A model generated the notes under the pieces. It did no database searches and had not been told where the DNA came from. It was given only the letters and a program-made list of their open reading frames with translations. Source: an uncultured Candidatus Saccharibacteria bacterium (GTDB lineage Bacteria; Patescibacteriota; Minisyncoccia; Minisyncoccales; CAZUZH01). Taken from it: a stretch of 64,000 nucleotides of DNA. The translations under genes were made by a program, and so were the position numbers. Shown one piece after another: positions 38,239-47,749 of the stretch (the stretch's first letter is position 1; each line of letters starts with the position of its first letter). The stretch covers positions 1,090-65,089 of the forward strand of contig CAZUZH010000001.1 of NCBI GenBank assembly GCA_964624815.1. Reading direction: 5' to 3'.

Positions 38239-38384
38239 AATTAACCTAATTATTCTAATTAACCTAATTAACCTAATCAATGTCTAAATCCCAATACCCA
38301 ATGACTAAAATGATTGATACATTAGACATTTTGTCATTGGGATTTGATTAGAAATTAGAAATTAGAAATTAGAAATCGAAAATT
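38239..38384. repeat. Heptamer/nonamer-repeat foldback element
   Basis: CCTAATT/CCCAATG units opposed by ATTAGAA units; shares 23 bp with 59015. Confidence 0.75.
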
Positions 38385-39263
38385 ATGCTAATTGATACTC
38401 ATGCCCATCTTAATTTTGCTGTTTTTAAAAATGATAGAGATAAAGTAATAAGACGGGCGCTAGACAATAATGTCTGGTTCATTAATGTTGGCTCAAATTA
38501 TGAAAGAAGCAAAAAAGCAGTAGAAATTGCTCAAAAATATGCTGAAGGGATATATGCGGCAATTGGTTTACATCCAATTCATCTCCAAGAAACAAAAGAC
38601 CCAGAGGAATTATCTGGAAGTTTAAGCCCAGCAGAGAAATTTGATAAAGAAAAATATTATCAATTAGCGCAGTCACCAAAAGTAGTAGCAATTGGCGAAA
38701 TAGGCTTGGATTATTATCATTTATCAGGGAATAAGAAATCAACGAAATGTGCGGAGGCCTTGCCTCCGCACATTTGCGGAGGTCTTGCCTCCGCACACTC
38801 TACACAGATAGAATTGCAAAAGCAAGTTTTTGTTCATCAATTAGAATTAGCTAACGAAATAGACAAACCAGTTATTGTTCATTGCCGGGAAGCGCACAAG
38901 GATGTTTTAGAAATTTTAAAGAAGCGAAAACAAAAATTAAAAAATCTGCGTGGAGTTATTCATAGTTTTTCCGGCCGTTGGTCCCAAGCTCAAGAATATT
39001 TTGATTTAGGATTTTTAATTGGTTTGAATGGCATTATTACTTTTGCCCGTGATTATGACAAGGTTATTATAAACAGTCCTTTGGAAAAAGTTCTAATTGA
39101 AACAGATTGTCCATATTTAACCCCAATTCCTTTCCGTGGCAAACGCAACGAACCTTTGTATGTAAAATATGTAGCAGAAAAAATCGCAGAGATAAAAAAC
39201 ATATCAGTTGAAGAAGTAGTAAGAACAACGACAGAGAACGCAAGAAAATTATTTAGTTTTTAA
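38385..39263 (+). CDS. tatD: TatD family deoxyribonuclease
   Basis: IDTHAHL, GLHP, IGEIGLDY, VHCR, HSF, ETDCPYL. Confidence 0.96.
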   Translation: MLIDTHAHLNFAVFKNDRDKVIRRALDNNVWFINVGSNYERSKKAVEIAQKYAEGIYAAIGLHPIHLQETKDPEELSGSLSPAEKFDKEKYYQLAQSPKVVAIGEIGLDYYHLSGNKKSTKCAEALPPHICGGLASAHSTQIELQKQVFVHQLELANEIDKPVIVHCREAHKDVLEILKKRKQKLKNLRGVIHSFSGRWSQAQEYFDLGFLIGLNGIITFARDYDKVIINSPLEKVLIETDCPYLTPIPFRGKRNEPLYVKYVAEKIAEIKNISVEEVVRTTTENARKLFSF

Positions 39264-39441
39264 AGATTAGAAAAAATAATTGACCCCGCAAAGCGACAAT
39301 CCCCGATGCTTGGCATCGGAGTATACATTACCAATTTTACTTGACAAACCTTTTTAAAACGAGCAAGATAAGATTAGTCCTTAAAGTTACATATTTTAGT
39401 TTATTATTATAAGTCGTCTATCAGATTATTAATGACCAAAA

Positions 39442-40863
39442 ATGTCTAAATATCAAATTAAAAAAATAGAAAACAAGAATAAGTCAACGATTTCAATAAT
39501 GGCTTTATTTTTGGTTTCTTTTGTCGCAATTTCGTTAATTATTATAACCAGCCAGAGTGTTTTAGCTATTCCCAATCCCGCTTCTGCATATTGCGTAGAA
39601 CAAGGCTATACTTTGGAAAATGGATTGTGTATTTTTCCAGACGGTAATAGTTGCGGACAATGGGATTTTTATCAAGATGAGTGCGGTGAAGAATATAAAA
39701 AAGAAATTCCTTGCAAAAAAGAAGGCGAGGAATTAACTCCTGGAAGTCAATGCTGCGAAGGATTGATTGGAATAGGCAGGTCTGTACCAGCTTCAGACAG
39801 TGAAACAATAGGTGATTTATCAAGCGCGAGCGACATCTGTATAAGTATTATAGGCGGTTGGTCAATTTGTGCCCCTTGTGGCGACGGTATATGTGATTCT
39901 GTTTTGGAAAATCGGTGTAATTGCCCGGAAGATTGTGAGGTTAAATGTAAAAAAGAAGGCGAGTCAATACCTGTTATTGCTAATCCTCCAGAATGTTGTG
40001 AGGGATTGACTTTAATTCCGCCTCCATATCCTAATCTGGTTGGCAGTATGGGTATCTGTACTGCTAAATGCGGTAATGGAGTTTGTGATTCAAAAACAGA
40101 GACACGATACAACTGCCCTGAGGATTGTCCATGTACAGGAGAAGGAGAAAGAATAAGCGGCATTGGCCAGGAATGTTGTTCTGGTTTAAAGCAGATAGAT
40201 GATTGTCGGGAAACAGACAGAGGTGAATGTCTTTGCGTCGAAGTTCTCGGTGGTGCCACTGGTTATTGCACCAACTGCGGAGACAATATTTGTAAATCAC
40301 CAGAGAATAGATGTAATTGTTCTGAAGATTGCAAAGTAGTTGTTGTGTCAACCGAGACCGAGGAGATTACTGAAGCTATTCCCGAAACTCCTTCCACCCA
40401 ACCACCTGTTACTAAAACCAAAGAAGAAGAACCATCTCCTCCAACTCCGGGAATCGAAACTAGTGTCGGGAATCTTAAAGCCCAGATTGCTGAACTTCAG
40501 CAAAAAATTGTTCAACTTACAAGCCAGTTAAACATTATGTTAAAAGTTCAAGGAAAACCAGAAGTATCAGTTCCCGGTTTTGAAAAGCCAACGGCTTTAG
40601 TAATTCCATCTGATCATTCTTTTGTTCGGCCCCTTTACATAGGACAAAAAAACAATGATGTTAAATACCTTCAGGAGTTTCTCAAAAAACAAGAATCTGA
40701 TATATATCCCGAAGGTTTAGTCACTGGTTATTATGGTCCATTAACCAAGGCAGCAGTAACAAGATTTCAGCTCAAACATGGAGTAGTTGATTCAGAATCA
40801 AGCTGGGGCGCAGGATATATGGGACCTCAGACAAGGACAAGGATAAATGAAGCGTTGAAGTAA
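39442..40863 (+). CDS. Secreted Cys-rich protein: DUF333-like, three Cys-rich repeats, coiled coil and peptidoglycan-binding domain
   Basis: IPNPASAYC; repeats C..EGE..CC.GL...CG(D/N)..C..E.R.NC.EDC; DVKYLQ..L...TGYYGPLTKAAV.RFQ. Confidence 0.8.
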   Translation: MSKYQIKKIENKNKSTISIMALFLVSFVAISLIIITSQSVLAIPNPASAYCVEQGYTLENGLCIFPDGNSCGQWDFYQDECGEEYKKEIPCKKEGEELTPGSQCCEGLIGIGRSVPASDSETIGDLSSASDICISIIGGWSICAPCGDGICDSVLENRCNCPEDCEVKCKKEGESIPVIANPPECCEGLTLIPPPYPNLVGSMGICTAKCGNGVCDSKTETRYNCPEDCPCTGEGERISGIGQECCSGLKQIDDCRETDRGECLCVEVLGGATGYCTNCGDNICKSPENRCNCSEDCKVVVVSTETEEITEAIPETPSTQPPVTKTKEEEPSPPTPGIETSVGNLKAQIAELQQKIVQLTSQLNIMLKVQGKPEVSVPGFEKPTALVIPSDHSFVRPLYIGQKNNDVKYLQEFLKKQESDIYPEGLVTGYYGPLTKAAVTRFQLKHGVVDSESSWGAGYMGPQTRTRINEALK

Positions 40864-41152
40864 GTACTATTTATGGCAGGAAAGAGAAGAACCCGCGCTA
40901 AGATGCTTCTCCATTTTAGGGCGTGCGTTCCCACCAGTTCTACATCTTTCCTGCCTTTTTTATTCTTCTTTGATAGAACGACCCCCTTCTTTTCACGCTT
41001 GCCCCGCGAGATAGGCTTAGCCGCTATCTCATAGGGCCTGTGCAAAAGGAGGGGTTTTACAAATCAAAAAGAAAAAGTTAAACCCTTCACCTATTTTCAG
41101 AAGGTTTATTATCTAGTGTTGATTTTTAAATAGGTGAAGGGTAAAATAAGAA

Positions 41153-43618
41153 ATGTCTAATATGAAATATAATCCTCAAAAAATTGAACCCAAATGGCAG
41201 AAATATTGGGAGAAGAAGAAACTATTTCAAGCTAAAGATTTTGACAAAAAACCAAAATCCTATATTTTGGTTGAATTTCCTTATCCTTCTGGAGACGGCA
41301 TTCATGTAGGCCACTGCCGTTCTTATTCTGTTTTGGATGCAGTTGTTAGAAAAAGAAGGATGCAAGGTAATAATGTTCTTTTTCCAATGGGCTGGGACGC
41401 TTTTGGCCTGCCAACCGAAAACTATGCCATCAAAGCAGGAATCCATCCCAGAAAAGTCACTGAAAAGAATACAGCTATTTTCAGACGTCAGTTGAAAAGC
41501 TTGGGTTTTTCTTTTAACTGGAACAGGGAGATAAATACCAGCAGTCCGGAATATTACAAATGGACCCAATGGATATTTGTCCAGCTTTTCAAAAAAGGAC
41601 TGGCTTATAAAGATAAGATAGCGATTAACTGGTGTCCGAGCTGTAAAATTGGTCTGGCTAACGAGGAAGTTGTTGATGGAAAGTGCGAGCGGTGCGGCAC
41701 TCCAGCAGAAAAAAGAGAAAAAGAGCAATGGATGCTAAAAATTACTAAATACGCCGATAGATTAATTAAAGACTTGGAAAAAGTTGATTATCCAGACCAA
41801 GTGAAAATAATGCAGAAAGAATGGATTGGTAGATCAGAAGGAACTTATTTTGAAATGCCTATATTTATCGGTAGTTCTAAAAAAGAATCAAAAGAGAAGT
41901 TGGATGTTTTTACTACTCGTATTGATACTGTTTTTGGCATGACTTATGTTGTTTTATCAGCCGAGCATCCTTTAATTGAAAAAATAACTACATCCAACAA
42001 GAAAAAAGAAGTTCAAAAATATATTCAAGAAGCAAAAAATAAGATGGACTTAGAAAGGATTACCTCGGAAAAGGAAAAAACCGGAGTTTTCACTGGCAGT
42101 TATGCTTTGAATATTTTTAATAATCAGAAAATCCCAATTTATATCTCAGATTATGTTTTAATGAGTTATGGAACCGGTGCTATAATGGCAGTGCCTGCCC
42201 ACGATGAAAGAGATTATGATTTTGCTAAAAAATATGTATTGCCGATTGTTGAAGTTATAAAGCCGGAAAAAGGCAAGTCTGATATTAGCAGAGAGGTTTT
42301 TGTTGATTATGGAGTTTTAGTAAACTCCGGGCAGTTTAGTAATATGACTTCAGTTGAGGCGCAGAAGAAAATGACTCAGTGGCTGGAAAAGGAGAAAAAG
42401 GGGAAGAAAGCAGTTTATTACAAAATTAGGGACTGGGTTTTTTCCCGTCAGCATTATTGGGGAGAGCCAATTCCAATGATAAATTGTAAAAAATGCGGCT
42501 GGCAGCCAGTTACTGAAAAAGATTTACCAGTAGAGCTGCCTGATGTTAAAAAATACAAACCAACTGATACTGGCGAATCCCCTTTGTCGGCAATTAAAAA
42601 CTGGGTTAAAACTAAATGCCCAAAATGCAAAGGACTGGCGCAAAGAGAAACAGATACAATGCCTAACTGGGCTGGCTCTAATTGGTATTTTCTTCGTTAT
42701 TGTGACCCAAGAAATAGGAAACAATTGGCTGACCAGAAAAAATTAAAATACTGGGTACCAGTAGATTGGTATAACGGCGGCATGGAGCATACCACCCTGC
42801 ATTTACTCTACTCTCGGTTTATCTATAAATTTTTATGGGACATTGGAGCAGTGCCAAAATCCTGCGGTCCAGAGCCATATAAAAAAAGAACTTCTCACGG
42901 AATGGTTTTGGGAAAGGGTGGTGTAAAAATGTCAAAATCAAGAGGGAATGTTATTAATCCCGATAATGTAGTTAAGCAATACGGGGCTGATACTTTAAGG
43001 ATTTATGAAATGTTTATGGGCCCCTTTGGCCAGATGATTTCCTGGGACAGCAAAGGAATTGTTGGTATACGGAGGTTTTTAGACAGAGTCTATAAACTGG
43101 CTAATCAATTTATTAGAAAATCAGTCTCAAATCAGCGTAGAAATCAGAGCTCTGTTAGCGGACTAAGAAAACAACTCCATAAGACAATTAAAAAAGTTTC
43201 CGAGGATATTGAGGCAATGAAGTTTAATACGGCAGTAAGCGCTATGATGGAATTTTCCAATGATTGGCAGAAGTATGGTAAAATAAAGAAAGAAGACTTT
43301 GAAAATTTCCTGAAAATCTTGGCGCCCCTTGCTCCGCATCTTTGCGAAGAGATTTGGGAGAGGTTGGGTAATAAAAAAAGCATCTTTTTAGAGAAATGGC
43401 CAGAATATAATAAAAAACTTATTCGGGAAGAAAGAATAAATTTAATCGTTCAGATTAACGGAAAAGTCCGCGATAAGATAGAAGTTAAGGCCGGAATAAA
43501 CAAAGGGCAAGCCAGAAAAACAGCTTTGGACAGTAAGAATATTAAAAAATGGCTCGGCAGTAAAAAGATTAAAAAAGTAATCTTTGCTCAGGGAAAACTT
43601 ATAAACCTTGTGATATAA
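41153..43618 (+). CDS. leuS: Leucine--tRNA ligase
   Basis: FPYPSG..HVGH, GWDAFGLP, VFTTR.DT, KMSKS. Confidence 0.97.
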   Translation: MSNMKYNPQKIEPKWQKYWEKKKLFQAKDFDKKPKSYILVEFPYPSGDGIHVGHCRSYSVLDAVVRKRRMQGNNVLFPMGWDAFGLPTENYAIKAGIHPRKVTEKNTAIFRRQLKSLGFSFNWNREINTSSPEYYKWTQWIFVQLFKKGLAYKDKIAINWCPSCKIGLANEEVVDGKCERCGTPAEKREKEQWMLKITKYADRLIKDLEKVDYPDQVKIMQKEWIGRSEGTYFEMPIFIGSSKKESKEKLDVFTTRIDTVFGMTYVVLSAEHPLIEKITTSNKKKEVQKYIQEAKNKMDLERITSEKEKTGVFTGSYALNIFNNQKIPIYISDYVLMSYGTGAIMAVPAHDERDYDFAKKYVLPIVEVIKPEKGKSDISREVFVDYGVLVNSGQFSNMTSVEAQKKMTQWLEKEKKGKKAVYYKIRDWVFSRQHYWGEPIPMINCKKCGWQPVTEKDLPVELPDVKKYKPTDTGESPLSAIKNWVKTKCPKCKGLAQRETDTMPNWAGSNWYFLRYCDPRNRKQLADQKKLKYWVPVDWYNGGMEHTTLHLLYSRFIYKFLWDIGAVPKSCGPEPYKKRTSHGMVLGKGGVKMSKSRGNVINPDNVVKQYGADTLRIYEMFMGPFGQMISWDSKGIVGIRRFLDRVYKLANQFIRKSVSNQRRNQSSVSGLRKQLHKTIKKVSEDIEAMKFNTAVSAMMEFSNDWQKYGKIKKEDFENFLKILAPLAPHLCEEIWERLGNKKSIFLEKWPEYNKKLIREERINLIVQINGKVRDKIEVKAGINKGQARKTALDSKNIKKWLGSKKIKKVIFAQGKLINLVI

Positions 43619-43623
43619 ATTTG

Positions 43624-43667
43624 TAGAAGTCTAATTTTCTTGCCTAGGCAAGAAAATTAGACTTCTA
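43624..43667. repeat. Perfect 44-bp palindrome; a partial copy lies at 17552-17592
   Basis: TAGAAGTCTAATTTTCTTGCCTAGGCAAGAAAATTAGACTTCTA. Confidence 0.85.
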
Positions 43668-43685
43668 ACTCAATGTTCGTCCCTT

Positions 43686-45311
43686 ATGGAAGACATATTA
43701 GAAAATAAACCAGGTAAAAAAATGATTTTATTGGGCAACGAGGGAATTGTCCGCGGTGCTTTGGAATCCGGGGTTCAGTTTGTTTCCACTTACCCCGGCA
43801 CTCCAGCTTCGGAAATCGGCAATACTTTTTATAAGATTGCCAAAAAAGCAGGTTTATATTTTGAATTCTCCGCTAATGAAAAAGTTGCATTGGAGGCTAG
43901 TATTGGAGCCAGCTTTTCTAATTTAAAAACTCTTGTAGCGATGAAAAATTTTGGTTTAAATGTTTGCTCAGACGCGTTACTGCCCTTTGTTTATACTGGT
44001 GTTAAGGGGCCCACAATAATTGTGGTAGCAGATGATCCTTCTTGCCACAGTTCAGCTCAATCAGAAGAAAACTCAAGACCTTTTTCTTATCTAGCTCATA
44101 TTCCGACATTAGAACCTTCTGACCCTCAAGAATGTAAAGATTTTGTTAGGTTGGGTTTTGAAATTTCTAAAAAATTTAAAATTCCAACAATGCTCAGAAT
44201 AACAACTCGAGTTGCTCATCAGAAAATGCCGGTTAAATTAGGAAAAATAATAAAAAATAGTTCTACTGGCAAGTTTATTAAAAACAAAAAGCAATTCGTG
44301 ACAATGCCTCCCCGCGTTTTGGAAATGAAAAAAGAGCTTTTGGAAAAAATAGAAAAAATAAGAGAATTCGCTGAAAAAAATAAAATTAACAAAATTATCC
44401 AGATTCCAAATTTCAGATTCCAGATTCCCAAAATCGGGATAATTACTTCTGGGGTTTCCTATTTATATGTAATGGAGGCTTTAAAAGAATTGAAATTAAA
44501 TCTGCCTCTTTTGAAGCTTGGATTTTTTTATCCTTTGCCGGAAAAGAAAATTAAAAATTTTATCAAAGACTTAAAAAAAGTTTTAGTTATTGAAGAATTA
44601 GAACCTTGGTTGGAAAAAGAAGTTAAAATTTTAGCCAGAGAAATAAATCCTAAACTGCGAGTTTTTGGCAAAGATGTTCTTCCGGAGATAGGAGAGTTAA
44701 ATACAGATGATGCTCTATCTGCCATAGCTAAAATTGCGGGGAGGAAATTAAAATTAACCAAAAGGAGCTTGCCTCCTTTTCCAAAAAGATTTCCCCAGCT
44801 TTGTCCTGGTTGTCCATACTGGTTTGTTTTCGGAGCAATTAAAAAAGCTGTTGATCCTAAACAAGTAATTTTCGGCGGAGACATCGGCTGTTATATGCTG
44901 GCTGGTCTGCCGCCCCACAACATCCAGGATTATTTATCTTGTATGGGGTCTTCAGTTGGCATAGCTCACGGAATAAAAAAAGCAACTGGTCAAAAAGTAA
45001 TTACTTTAATCGGCGACTCTACTTTTTTTCATGCCGGCATTCCTGCTTTAATAAATACAGTTTACAACAAATCAAACCCTTTAATTATAGTAATGAATAA
45101 TGAAATTACTGCTATGACCGGCCATCAACCCCATCCTGGCGTAGATGGAATAAAGATTGAAAATATTGTTAAAGCTTGCGGAGTGAAAAATCTTAAAGTG
45201 ATTGACCCAATAAATCAAAAAGAGATGATCAATACTATTAAGGACTTTTTGAACAAGAAAGAAGTATCGGTAATTATTGCTCGGAGACCTTGTGTTTTTG
45301 TTAAAACATGA
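43686..45311 (+). CDS. iorA: Indolepyruvate ferredoxin oxidoreductase alpha subunit (no C-terminal ferredoxin domain)
   Basis: LGNEGI.RG, YPGTP, NEKVALE, LCPGCP, DIGCY, GDSTFFH, TAMTGHQ. Confidence 0.92.
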   Translation: MEDILENKPGKKMILLGNEGIVRGALESGVQFVSTYPGTPASEIGNTFYKIAKKAGLYFEFSANEKVALEASIGASFSNLKTLVAMKNFGLNVCSDALLPFVYTGVKGPTIIVVADDPSCHSSAQSEENSRPFSYLAHIPTLEPSDPQECKDFVRLGFEISKKFKIPTMLRITTRVAHQKMPVKLGKIIKNSSTGKFIKNKKQFVTMPPRVLEMKKELLEKIEKIREFAEKNKINKIIQIPNFRFQIPKIGIITSGVSYLYVMEALKELKLNLPLLKLGFFYPLPEKKIKNFIKDLKKVLVIEELEPWLEKEVKILAREINPKLRVFGKDVLPEIGELNTDDALSAIAKIAGRKLKLTKRSLPPFPKRFPQLCPGCPYWFVFGAIKKAVDPKQVIFGGDIGCYMLAGLPPHNIQDYLSCMGSSVGIAHGIKKATGQKVITLIGDSTFFHAGIPALINTVYNKSNPLIIVMNNEITAMTGHQPHPGVDGIKIENIVKACGVKNLKVIDPINQKEMINTIKDFLNKKEVSVIIARRPCVFVKT

Positions 45312-45416
45312 TGTAAATCTACGAATGAAATGAGAATGCCGCGAATATATGAATAATAATAGTATCATATATTAGCAATTTGTAGATTGGAATTAAATTA
45401 GCATATTGGCATAACT

Positions 45417-46034
45417 ATGAATGATTTTAATATAATAATAAATGGAGTCGGGGGGCAAGGATTGATTACTCTGCTCCAGATTTTAGCTGAAGCGGCAATG
45501 CTTGAGCATTTTGAAGTTAGAACATCAGAACTTCACGGTCTTTCCCAGAGAGGCGGAAGCGTTGAGGTGCATATCCGTTGGGGCAAAGAAATTTTTTCTC
45601 CCTTAGTTCAATTGGGTAAGGCCGATTTGATAATTGCATTAGAAGCGCAGGAATCTCTAAGGGCTTTGAAATATTCGTCAAAAGGCACAATTTTCCTTGT
45701 TAATGAATTTTTGAAAATTATTCCCGGCGAGAAACTTTTAGAGCTGGAAAAGATTAAAAAAGAACTTAAGAAATTTTCAAAAAAAATAATTTCAGTTCCA
45801 GGCTCTAAAATTTGCAAAGAGAAATTAGGCAGCGATGTGGTGACTGGTATTTATCTAATTAGTTTGGCGTCTTTTAAGAAAATAATTCCTTTAAAACCCA
45901 ATTCAATTTTGAAAGCAATTAGAAAAGTTGTTCCAAGAAAATATTTGGAATTGAATGAGAAAACTTTTGAGATAGCGAAAGCTATGAAATATGAAACCCA
46001 TATTAAACAAATCCGCAGTCGCGGATTTTCTTAA
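45417..46034 (+). CDS. iorB: Indolepyruvate ferredoxin oxidoreductase beta subunit
   Basis: GVGGQG and SELHGLSQRGGSV motifs. Confidence 0.9.
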   Translation: MNDFNIIINGVGGQGLITLLQILAEAAMLEHFEVRTSELHGLSQRGGSVEVHIRWGKEIFSPLVQLGKADLIIALEAQESLRALKYSSKGTIFLVNEFLKIIPGEKLLELEKIKKELKKFSKKIISVPGSKICKEKLGSDVVTGIYLISLASFKKIIPLKPNSILKAIRKVVPRKYLELNEKTFEIAKAMKYETHIKQIRSRGFS

Positions 46035-46250
46035 CAGACAAAAATTTACAAAATAATGAATAATAACATAAAACAAATAATCTCGCGATCGCGAGATTAC
46101 TGAATAGGACTAAGCAATCTAAAAAAAGAAATAAGCTCTGATGTCTCGCACCAGAGCTTTTGATTCGGATGAGTTACAATAGAACTACTTTGTTTCGGGA
46201 ATCATAGCATAAAGTTTTTTAAATTACCAATTTCTTCCATTTCTTTTTTC

Positions 46251-46526
46251 TCAGTTTCTGTTGATTTCATTTTCATAGCCTTGTTCGCTAATTGCAACCT
46301 TTTTTATTTTAAGGAGACGACTACAGGCTGGACAGTAGAGCTTACGAGAAGTGTTTTTGAATATTAGGACTAAATCATTACTGATGGTCTTTGACCATTG
46401 GTGACCTCTACTCGGACAAAAAGCAATCTTTTTATAGCCCGCCCTCAGCTTTGCTTGGTTGCCGTTTCTTTCAAAACCGCCGTCATAGAAAATACTAAGC
46501 TCAATGACTGTTTGGACTCTTTCCAT
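46251..46526 (-). CDS. Small hypothetical protein, possible Zn ribbon
   Basis: Minus-strand TTGACA-17-TAATAT promoter, GGAGG SD; CPSRGH and CPAC. Confidence 0.6.
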   Translation of the reverse strand: MERVQTVIELSIFYDGGFERNGNQAKLRAGYKKIAFCPSRGHQWSKTISNDLVLIFKNTSRKLYCPACSRLLKIKKVAISEQGYENEINRN

Positions 46527-46731
46527 TTTTCTTCCCTCCGCTTGAATTTATCTTAAAGCCGTAAAGAGCTATTTTGGATATTAGCATATATTATTATTTA
46601 TGTCAAATTTTTCTACCTTTCTATTTTTCAATAGGCTTTATTTTGTTGGGGGCAGATGATATAATAAAACAAAGAAAATGAATATTATAAAAATTAACTC
46701 CGAAACTTTTAAGAATTATAAAAAATAGAAC

Positions 46732-47271
46732 ATGAACATAGATATTTTATTATTTCAGCAAATTAATCAATTGGCTGGTAAATGGATTTACTTGGATTCT
46801 TTGGAGATTTTTTTTGCCAAATATTTTGAATATTTTTTAATAAGTGTTTTGTTTCTGTTTTTAATTTTGAATTTCAAAAAATACTGGAAAATGATTGTAT
46901 ACATTTTTGCATCAGTGATTTTGTCGCGATTAATTATTGTTGAAGCTATCAGGTGGTTATTGCCAAGAGCAAGACCGTTTCTTGAAAATAATGTAAATCT
47001 ACTTTTACAGCATAATTCCACTTCATCTTTTCCTTCTGGCCACGCTGCTTTTTATTTTGCTGTAAGCATTATTGTTTTTCTTTATCTGAAAAAAGTTCAG
47101 CAAAAATATTGGAAAGCAATAAGTATTGGGTTTTTTGTTTCAAGTTTTTTAATTTCTTTTGCTAGAGTTTTTACGGGTCTTCACTGGCCTTCTGATATTT
47201 TGGCTGGCGCTCTGGTCGGAATTTTTTCCGGCTGGACGATTTTTAAAATTTTGCCGAAATTTTTCAAATAA
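46732..47271 (+). CDS. PAP2 family phosphatase
   Basis: RARP, SFPSGH, RVFTGLHWPSD. Confidence 0.93.
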   Translation: MNIDILLFQQINQLAGKWIYLDSLEIFFAKYFEYFLISVLFLFLILNFKKYWKMIVYIFASVILSRLIIVEAIRWLLPRARPFLENNVNLLLQHNSTSSFPSGHAAFYFAVSIIVFLYLKKVQQKYWKAISIGFFVSSFLISFARVFTGLHWPSDILAGALVGIFSGWTIFKILPKFFK

Positions 47272-47313
47272 AAATCTCTGTTGTGGTAAAATCTACAATA
47301 GAGAATAAAGTTG

Positions 47314-47397
47314 TGCCGGAGGAGGGAGTCCAACCCTCACGAGCTTGCGCTCACAGCATTTTGAGTGCTGCGTGTATAGCAGTTTCACCACTCCGGC
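47314..47397 (-). tRNA. tRNA-Leu(CAA)
   Basis: GCCGGAG/CTCCGGC acceptor, anticodon loop CTCAAAA, long variable arm. Confidence 0.92.
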
Positions 47398-47749
47398 GTT
47401 AGTTTATTCTAACAAAAAATTTGGATTTTGTAAATACTTACTTACTCAATTTTTGTTCTAATAGCATTTTTTAATAAAATATAGATAGGAAAAAAACTAA
47501 AAATCCGGAGAAAGTAGTTGAATTTTTACAAAATTATAAATAGTTAAATTCTTCTGACTATATTTGAAGTAAGGATTTAAACCAAGAACAGTCCTCGATT
47601 TCTTCTTGTTTATCCACAAGAGGGTATTGACTCATGGTTTTAATGGGGAGAAAATGATATAATATTGTCATTTTGTTTTCAATATATACATTTTGCACTT
47701 AGAATAGTTTAAGAAATTGTATAGTTTGCAAAATTAGTGAATTTTTAAT

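Noticed and set aside
40875-41150. T-box leader for leuS, or SRP RNA
   Set aside because: No T-box GGTGG.ACC motif or SRP domain IV consensus; leuS appears to have its own proximal promoter
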